A DNA stretch of 24,000 nt, taken from Acidaminobacter sp. JC074 (lineage in GTDB: Bacteria > Bacillota > Clostridia > Peptostreptococcales > Acidaminobacteraceae). This document shows positions 18,266-24,000 of this stretch, one piece after another. Below the pieces are notes generated by a model that searched no databases, was not told the origin of the DNA, and saw only the letters and a program-made list of their open reading frames with translations. The translations under genes and the position numbers were made by a program. The DNA lies in assembly GCF_022496765.1 (NCBI RefSeq), contig NZ_VANV01000003.1, positions 1 to 24,000 of the forward strand. Reading direction: 5' to 3'. Positions within the stretch are counted from its first letter, which is position 1; each line of letters starts with the position of its first letter.

Positions 18266-18823
18266 ATGAAGGATAGTATTACGCTGAAAACCATGAACGA
18301 AATAAAAATTATTTCGAATCCGATTCGTATGCGTGTCTTAAGAAATTATTATTCTATAGGTAAACCAGCGACTGTTAAACAGATGGCTGTCTATATGGGA
18401 GAAGTACCAGCAAATATTCACTATCATGTGAAAAAACTTGTTGAGATTAATGTCTTAGAGTTAGATCATACTGAGAGTGTCAATGGTATTACAGCTAAGT
18501 TTTATGTCCCTACTGCGAGGCATATAAAGATTGATGATGAACATGATGTATCAGAAAAGTACATCGACGAAAAAGAAGTTATTGTTTCAAACATCTTTGA
18601 TGATGGTAAAAAGGAGTTCATGAAGGCCCTTAGATCTAAGTCAAATGATGAAAAAGGCACAATCTTTGCTTCTAAGATAGCCCTTACAGAAAGTGAATAC
18701 GAGAAGGTATTAGACTACATGACTAAACTTGTTGATGAACATCGTGTAACCGATAAGGATGATAAGAAGTACCTATTGTTTACAGGGATTATTGAAATAG
18801 AAGATTCTTCAGAGGAAGAATGA
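18266..18823 (+). CDS. ArsR-like winged-helix transcriptional regulator
   Basis: 'MNEIKIISNPIRMRVLRNYYSIGKPATVKQMAVYMGEVPANIHYHVKKLVEINVLEL' is an ArsR/HTH_20-type fold. ATG at 18266 with SD GGAGG; the track ORF starts at 18242. Confidence 0.85.
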   Translation: MKDSITLKTMNEIKIISNPIRMRVLRNYYSIGKPATVKQMAVYMGEVPANIHYHVKKLVEINVLELDHTESVNGITAKFYVPTARHIKIDDEHDVSEKYIDEKEVIVSNIFDDGKKEFMKALRSKSNDEKGTIFASKIALTESEYEKVLDYMTKLVDEHRVTDKDDKKYLLFTGIIEIEDSSEEE

Positions 18824-18927
18824 TAAAATAGCACAAAAAATGTTTATCTACCCGCATTTTTGGGGATATATACAATAGAAATAGAGACGTTTAGAACTAA
18901 AGTGGGCTTAATTCCAGGGAGGTTCGT

Positions 18928-19284
18928 ATGGGTAGATATAAGTATAACATTAGAGTAAATAAAGCCAATAAGCAGTATGGTTATATAGATGGTTCTATCA
19001 ATGATATTTATTGGTTTGCACTTGTTCATAGTGAGGTTGTAGAAAATGGCATAGATCCTGTGACGCTTGAGAAAGGCTTCGGTAGGATTACAAGACTGTG
19101 CCTGTATAAAGACAACACGACCTTTGAAGGAGATCCATTTTTACCGTCAATGACAGTTAGAAGACAAATCTATGTTAATTATCAAGAAGAATGGAGTGTC
19201 TTGAATTCTGGATATGTGGATATGGCAAGAGATTTAATCCAGTATCTAGAAAGACGTTACTCACTAAAATTGGTATCATGTTAA
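18928..19284 (+). CDS. hypothetical protein, 118 aa
   Basis: Good SD (GGGAGG) and terminator downstream; no domain recognised. Confidence 0.7.
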   Translation: MGRYKYNIRVNKANKQYGYIDGSINDIYWFALVHSEVVENGIDPVTLEKGFGRITRLCLYKDNTTFEGDPFLPSMTVRRQIYVNYQEEWSVLNSGYVDMARDLIQYLERRYSLKLVSC

Positions 19285-19285
19285 G

Positions 19286-19306
19286 CCGGAGGTAATCCGG
19301 TTTTAT
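19286..19306 (+). terminator. terminator CCGGA-GGTAA-TCCGG-TTTTAT
   Basis: 5-bp GC-rich stem followed by a T-rich run after the stop codon of the 118-aa gene. Confidence 0.65.
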
Positions 19307-19417
19307 TTTTTTGTTATCAATGACCTGAATTATGATATAATAGCTAGGTATCTGTAACACAGGATACTGCAATAGACTATAAAATATATTATTCTATACA
19401 TGTAAACAGGAGGAAAA

Positions 19418-20056
19418 ATGAAAAGATTATTTGTATCAGATTTTGACGGCACAGCAACGGCCTTAGATTTCTATAAAATTGTATTAAACATGATTGGTCA
19501 AGAAGGTTGGGATTATGTAACCGACTACAGAAAAACTGGTAAAGTGGACTATCATTTCTTAAATAAAATATTTGGATGGCACAAATTATCAAATGAAGAA
19601 TACGATGCCTTAATTGATACCATTGAACTTGATAAGACTTTAAAGGACTTTTTAGCCTATTTAGAAGAGGTAGGCGTTGACTTTAAATTTGTAAGTGCTG
19701 GTTTTGACAAGTACATCGATGATATCCTTGAAAAAGAAGGTTATAAAGGTGTTGAGGTCATGACAAACCCTGGATCATTTGAAGAGGGCATCATGAAGAT
19801 GTCACCAGATAAAAACAGTCCATTTTACCATGACTTATTTGGTATTGATAAGGGTAAAGTGATGCAGCACTTAAAGAAGGATGCTGATAAGGTATACTTT
19901 GCAGGAGATACAGAACCAGATTTTACAGCAGCCTTAGAAGCTGATGTTGTATTTGCAAAAGGTGAGCTGATTCCAATGTTAGAAAAGCATAACAAACCAT
20001 ATATCAAGTTTGATAAGTACATTGAAATAGTGGAGCATTTGAAAGCAGGTGTGTAA
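19418..20056 (+). CDS. HAD-superfamily phosphatase (MtnX/PSP-like)
   Basis: HAD motif I 'VSDFDGTATALD', motif II 'FKFVSAGFD', motif IV 'VYFAGDTEPDFTAALEADVVFAKG'. Confidence 0.85.
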   Translation: MKRLFVSDFDGTATALDFYKIVLNMIGQEGWDYVTDYRKTGKVDYHFLNKIFGWHKLSNEEYDALIDTIELDKTLKDFLAYLEEVGVDFKFVSAGFDKYIDDILEKEGYKGVEVMTNPGSFEEGIMKMSPDKNSPFYHDLFGIDKGKVMQHLKKDADKVYFAGDTEPDFTAALEADVVFAKGELIPMLEKHNKPYIKFDKYIEIVEHLKAGV

Positions 20057-21108
20057 TGATATCACAAGCGATTGCAATACCAAGATTAATTGAAAGTAAA
20101 TACCATGCCTTAAATGATTTGCCTGGAGCTTTGAAAGCCCATGGTTTTAAGAGGGTTCTTTTTACAGTAGGTAATGGCATTGAAGACTTGTTTAAAGAGA
20201 AGATAAGTCACCTGACGAGTGAGCCTGAATTGATCATCACAGGTCCTGTCATCCTAGAAGAGCTGGATGTTGAAAAGTTAGCCCCAATGGCTTATGACTT
20301 TCCAAATTACGATGTCATTGTTTCCATGGGGGGTGGCAAGGCTATAGACTCTGGTAAATATACAGCTTTTTTAAAGGGCATCCCCTTTATCAGCATTCCA
20401 ACAAGTATTTCAAATGATGGCTTTGCTTCTTCTGGAGCATCTTTGATGATTGAAGGTAAAAGAAAAAGTGTTTCAGCAAAAATGCCTTATGGTGTAATAG
20501 CGGATCTTTCTATACTGTCTACAGCACCTGAAAGATTTTACTACAGCGGGCTTGGAGATGTGGTTTCTAAGATTACAGCCTCTTATGATTGGCAGTACGA
20601 AGCCAATCGTGGTGTGGGTTCTGTTGATCATTTTGCACTTTTAACATCTAAAAAATCGGTCAACTCAGTTGTGAGACTGCCAAGACCTTATATTGAAGAG
20701 GGTTTATTTTTAAAGGAAGTAGTAGACTCCTTGATTATGAGTGGTATTTCAATGGAGGTTGCGGGTTCTAGTGCACCGGCATCAGGGAGTGAACACCTTA
20801 TCTCTCATGCTATGGATAGACTAGCACCAGGTGAGTATTTGCATGGCATCCAAGTAGGGATTGCTACCTACATTATGTCTTTGACCCAAGATTACAGAGT
20901 CAATAGGGTAAGAACTTTCTTGTCTGATACAGGTTTCTTTGATTATGTAAAGACATTTGAAATACCAAAACAGCTTCTTGTTGATGCCATCCGTTTAGCA
21001 CCATCCATTAAGCCTAATAGACATACGACACTACATGAACAGAAATATGTAGAAAAAGCAATTAAATATCTAGATGAAGACAGGATTTTAAGGTCGATTC
21101 TATTTTAA
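20056..21108 (+). CDS. sn-glycerol-1-phosphate dehydrogenase family protein
   Basis: 'NYDVIVSMGGGKAIDSGKYTAFLKGIPFISIPTSISNDGFASSGASL' (nucleotide-binding GGGK and PTS..DG), 'GSEHLISHAMDR' (metal ligands); AraM/EgsA type. Confidence 0.85.
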   Translation: MISQAIAIPRLIESKYHALNDLPGALKAHGFKRVLFTVGNGIEDLFKEKISHLTSEPELIITGPVILEELDVEKLAPMAYDFPNYDVIVSMGGGKAIDSGKYTAFLKGIPFISIPTSISNDGFASSGASLMIEGKRKSVSAKMPYGVIADLSILSTAPERFYYSGLGDVVSKITASYDWQYEANRGVGSVDHFALLTSKKSVNSVVRLPRPYIEEGLFLKEVVDSLIMSGISMEVAGSSAPASGSEHLISHAMDRLAPGEYLHGIQVGIATYIMSLTQDYRVNRVRTFLSDTGFFDYVKTFEIPKQLLVDAIRLAPSIKPNRHTTLHEQKYVEKAIKYLDEDRILRSILF

Positions 21109-21113
21109 GTTTA

Positions 21114-21142
21114 AGCATCTGAAAATTTCAGGTGCTTTTTTG
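21114..21142 (+). terminator. terminator hairpin AGCATCTGAAA..TTTCAGGTGCT + TTTTTT
   Basis: Near-perfect stem followed by a poly-T tract after the glycerol-1-phosphate dehydrogenase gene. Confidence 0.7.
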
Positions 21143-21209
21143 CTTAAAGTCTATAATTTTGGTGTAAATATTATATGATGGACTAAATTAAATTTAGAAT
21201 GGAGGAACA

Positions 21210-23000
21210 ATGAAGCAATTAATGATGACAGGAAACGAAGCTATTGCTAGAGGGTTCTATGAAGCAGGGGGTAAAATAGCAACCTCTTATCCAGGTTCGC
21301 CAACTGTACAGATACTAGAAGCAGCAAAGCAATATGAAGGTGTATACGGTGAGTTTTCCACCAATGAAAAAGTAGCACTAGAAGTTGCTATTGGTGGCTC
21401 GTTTGCAGGTGTAAGATCTATGGTGAGCATGAAACATGTGGGGGTCAATATTGCAGCTGACCCATTAATGACATTTACTGAAACACCAACAAATGGTGGC
21501 TTTGTTTTGATTTCTGGTGATGATCCAGGATTGAAGAGCTCACAAAATGAACAAGATAATAGGGTATTTGGTAAGTTTGCCAATATGCTCATACTGGATC
21601 CTTCTGATGCACAAGATGCCAAAGACTTTGCTAAAAAAGCCTTTGATCTTTCTGAAAAATATGAAACGCCAGTCATGATAAGAATTACATCTAGACTATG
21701 TCATTCCAGATCAATTGTGAATGTTGAAGAAAGATTAGAGTCTGTTAAAGAGGTCTTTAAAAAAGATGGTAAGTACTGTATGATTCCGCCTAATTCCAAT
21801 AAGGCCCAGTACTTTATGAAAGATAGAGTTCAATCACTAGCTGATGATACAGAAACAATTGATTTAAATAAACTAGAAGCTGGACATTCGAAGGATGTTC
21901 TGATTATCACATCTGGTTTACCCTATGTTTATGTAAAAGAGTTAGGTTTAGAAATAGATGTTTTAAAGTTAGGGATGGTTTATCCGCTATCTAAGTCATA
22001 TATAGAAAAAATAACAAGTGGCTATAAGAAGATTGTTGTCATAGAAGAAATGATGCCATTTATTCAAAATGAACTTAAGTTGATGGGCATTGAATCTGTA
22101 GGTAAGGAGTATTTTTCTTTTACTGGCGAGTTAGATGCTACATCTATCCATAATGGTCTTCTTGAAGCAGGACTTATCAGTGGTGATATCAAGTCTGGCA
22201 AAATGGATTTACCGACTGTTAACAGACAACCTCTCTTCTGTGCGGGCTGTCCTCATAGACCAATCTTTGATATTTTAAAGAAATCTAAGGCCAAAATGGT
22301 GATTGGTGATATTGGTTGTTATTCTCTAGGCGTCTTAAGTCCAACTGAGATATCTCATTCCATTATTTCAATGGGCGCCAGTGTAGGTATTACAAAAGGT
22401 ATTAGAAAGGCTATGTCTTTGGGACAAAAGGAAGAACCTATTGTTTCTTTAATTGGTGATGGTACCTTCTTCCATTCTGGTATACCTTCATTTATCAACC
22501 TTTTGCACCAGCAAGAGGACTTTGAGAATATGACCTTTTTAATTCTTGATAATAGAACCACGGCTATGACAGGTGGTCAGCACAATGGTGGTTCAGGTAA
22601 CTTTAACGAAAAAGATGATTTGCATGTAGATATAAAATCACTTCTTGAAACCATTGGTTTTAAGAGGGTCATAGAGGTAGATCAGTACGATTACAAGGCA
22701 ACTAAGAAAATAATCGATGATGAAATAGGCTTTAATGGCTTGTCGATTGTCATTGCAAAAGGTCAATGTGCCCTTAAATACAAGGTGAAGAAAACGCCAT
22801 ATTATGTGGATCCTGAAATATGTATCGCGTGTAAGTCATGCATCAGAACCAACTGTCCGCCACTTAAGATGAAAAAATACGATGGCATTGAAAAGATGAA
22901 ATCATCTATTGATGAAGATATGTGTGTGGGCTGCGGTATTTGTGCTCAAGTGTGTCCGGTAGGGGCTATTAAGCTTGTGACAGATAGAAAAGAGGTGTAG
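21210..23000 (+). CDS. iorA: indolepyruvate:ferredoxin oxidoreductase, alpha subunit
   Basis: 'GNEAIARGFYEAGGKIATSYPGSPTVQIL', TPP domain 'VIGDIGCYSLGVLSP...GDGTFFHSGIPSFINL', and two C-terminal 4Fe-4S motifs 'CIACKSCIRTNCPPL' and 'CVGCGICAQVCPVGAI'. Confidence 0.95.
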   Translation: MKQLMMTGNEAIARGFYEAGGKIATSYPGSPTVQILEAAKQYEGVYGEFSTNEKVALEVAIGGSFAGVRSMVSMKHVGVNIAADPLMTFTETPTNGGFVLISGDDPGLKSSQNEQDNRVFGKFANMLILDPSDAQDAKDFAKKAFDLSEKYETPVMIRITSRLCHSRSIVNVEERLESVKEVFKKDGKYCMIPPNSNKAQYFMKDRVQSLADDTETIDLNKLEAGHSKDVLIITSGLPYVYVKELGLEIDVLKLGMVYPLSKSYIEKITSGYKKIVVIEEMMPFIQNELKLMGIESVGKEYFSFTGELDATSIHNGLLEAGLISGDIKSGKMDLPTVNRQPLFCAGCPHRPIFDILKKSKAKMVIGDIGCYSLGVLSPTEISHSIISMGASVGITKGIRKAMSLGQKEEPIVSLIGDGTFFHSGIPSFINLLHQQEDFENMTFLILDNRTTAMTGGQHNGGSGNFNEKDDLHVDIKSLLETIGFKRVIEVDQYDYKATKKIIDDEIGFNGLSIVIAKGQCALKYKVKKTPYYVDPEICIACKSCIRTNCPPLKMKKYDGIEKMKSSIDEDMCVGCGICAQVCPVGAIKLVTDRKEV

Positions 23001-23002
23001 GT

Positions 23003-23575
23003 ATGAAGAATATCATGTTATGTGGTGTAGGTGGACAAGGTCTTGTGATGACATCGGGTATTATTGCTGAGGTGGCAAGACTTTCTGGTTACGATGTAAA
23101 AACCAATGATGTTATAGGACTTTCTCAGCGTGGCGGTCGTGTATGGGCCAGTATCAGATTTGGAGAAAAAGTCTATTCACCTAATATTGAAGAAGGTAGC
23201 TTGGATTACTTATTAGCTCTTGAACCTCTTGAAGGTTATAGATACAGTAAGATGTTAAAAGAAGATGGTGTCATCTTGATGAATGATAAAATCATTTATC
23301 CAGCTGATGTAGTATTTGATAAATCAACTTATCCATTTGATGAAATTGAGAAGATGAAAGAAAGATACGAGACTTACGCCTTAGATGCAAGTCATAAGGG
23401 GGTAGAGCTTGGCAATAAGATGGTTGCCAATACCATTATACTAGGCATGCTTGCTGGTAAGCTTACATTTGATACTACCAAGTGGTTACAGGTTATTAGA
23501 GAAAGGGTACCTGAGAAGGCTATTAAGTTAAATGAGGAAGCATTTAGGTTTGGCTATAATTTTGTAAACCAATAA
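23003..23575 (+). CDS. iorB: indolepyruvate:ferredoxin oxidoreductase, beta subunit
   Basis: 'MKNIMLCGVGGQGLVMTSGIIAEVARLSGYDVKTNDVIGLSQRGGRVWASIRFG'; directly downstream of iorA. Confidence 0.94.
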   Translation: MKNIMLCGVGGQGLVMTSGIIAEVARLSGYDVKTNDVIGLSQRGGRVWASIRFGEKVYSPNIEEGSLDYLLALEPLEGYRYSKMLKEDGVILMNDKIIYPADVVFDKSTYPFDEIEKMKERYETYALDASHKGVELGNKMVANTIILGMLAGKLTFDTTKWLQVIRERVPEKAIKLNEEAFRFGYNFVNQ

Positions 23576-23584
23576 AAATAAAGG

Positions 23585-23618
23585 CATTGAGAAGTAAAAC
23601 TTCTTCAATGTCTTTTTT
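23585..23618. terminator. terminator hairpin GCATTGA-GAAG..CTTCTTCAATGTC + TTTTTT
   Basis: Imperfect stem with poly-T between iorB and the convergent 72-aa ORF. Confidence 0.6.
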
Positions 23619-23823
23619 CGATGATTCTTTCGTCAATATCAATGGCGTGATTTAAGCGATTGAGCATCTTAAATTGTTGTTTTCTATATTTTTGATACTT
23701 TGAAATATGGTTGAGTTGAGCTTTGTTTAGGTGTTCTTCATTGAAACAAGAGATGCCTAATCCTACCTCGATTTCTAAACGAAGGGCCTTAAGGTTAATG
23801 AGTTCATGAATTTCTCTGTTCAT
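23605..23823 (-). CDS. hypothetical protein, 72 aa
   Basis: Perfect SD AAGGAGGTGACTGT-ATG; no recognised domain. Confidence 0.65.
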   Translation of the reverse strand: MNREIHELINLKALRLEIEVGLGISCFNEEHLNKAQLNHISKYQKYRKQQFKMLNRLNHAIDIDERIIEKRH

Positions 23824-23996
23824 ACAGTCACCTCCTTAGTCTATTTTTACCCAATTTTGAGGATTTTAATCGTGATGACATTTGCCTTATACTTTTGTAT
23901 CAAACCAGGTGTAGGATAACTGTAATGTATAAGTTGTTTTTAAGTGAATATACCTGCTTGTAAAATGGTAAGATGAAATAAAGATAGGAGGAAGCT

Positions 23997-24000
23997 ATGT
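23997..24000 (+). CDS. start codon of a further gene running off the window
   Basis: 'GATAGGAGGAAGCTATG' gives a strong SD and ATG at 23997. Confidence 0.4.

Noticed and set aside
19348-19367. Imperfect inverted repeat GTATCTGT-AAC-ACAGGATAC upstream of the HAD gene
   Set aside because: Short, bulged and not clearly placed relative to a strong promoter. Could be a small 5'UTR hairpin, but the evidence is too weak to call an operator or riboswitch.
21287-22561. Minus-strand ORFs inside iorA
   Set aside because: Antisense to conserved coding sequence, with no independent support.
1-24000. CRISPR array, tRNA/rRNA genes or a defence/phage island
   Set aside because: No regularly spaced repeats, no tRNA-like cloverleaf or rRNA signature, and no phage or defence protein motifs were seen by eye. 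The only mobile trace is the tnpB fragment.

Overview
This is an ordinary-looking chromosomal window from a low-GC Gram-positive, Clostridia-like bacterium. It contains a TnpB C-terminal fragment, glnA, a YitT-family membrane protein, an RluA-type pseudouridine synthase, an ABC exporter pair, thpR, a T-box-controlled argG-argH operon, a divergent Asp/Glu-racemase homolog, a chemotaxis receptor, a PPOX-family flavoprotein, an M48 protease, a split chromate transporter, tcdA, a winged-helix regulator, a HAD phosphatase with glycerol-1-phosphate dehydrogenase, and iorA-iorB. The most notable locus is at about 6665-8045. It encodes the mercury-methylation pair: HgcA (corrinoid protein, cap-helix motif NVWCAAGKGKFGT, C-terminal transmembrane domain) and HgcB (dicluster ferredoxin with a C-terminal CC). 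The locus has its own near-consensus promoter and Shine-Dalgarno. Its reading frames are broken in three places. An in-frame UGA directly follows a Cys codon at HgcA codon 8. A -1 frameshift lies near the HgcA C-terminus. Another -1 frameshift lies exactly at the last cluster-ligating Cys of HgcB. I see no comparable lesions in the other annotated genes. The locus is therefore either a very recently decayed hgcAB, a local consensus error, or, for the UGA only, possible selenocysteine recoding. No CRISPR array, rRNA, tRNA or defence island was seen.
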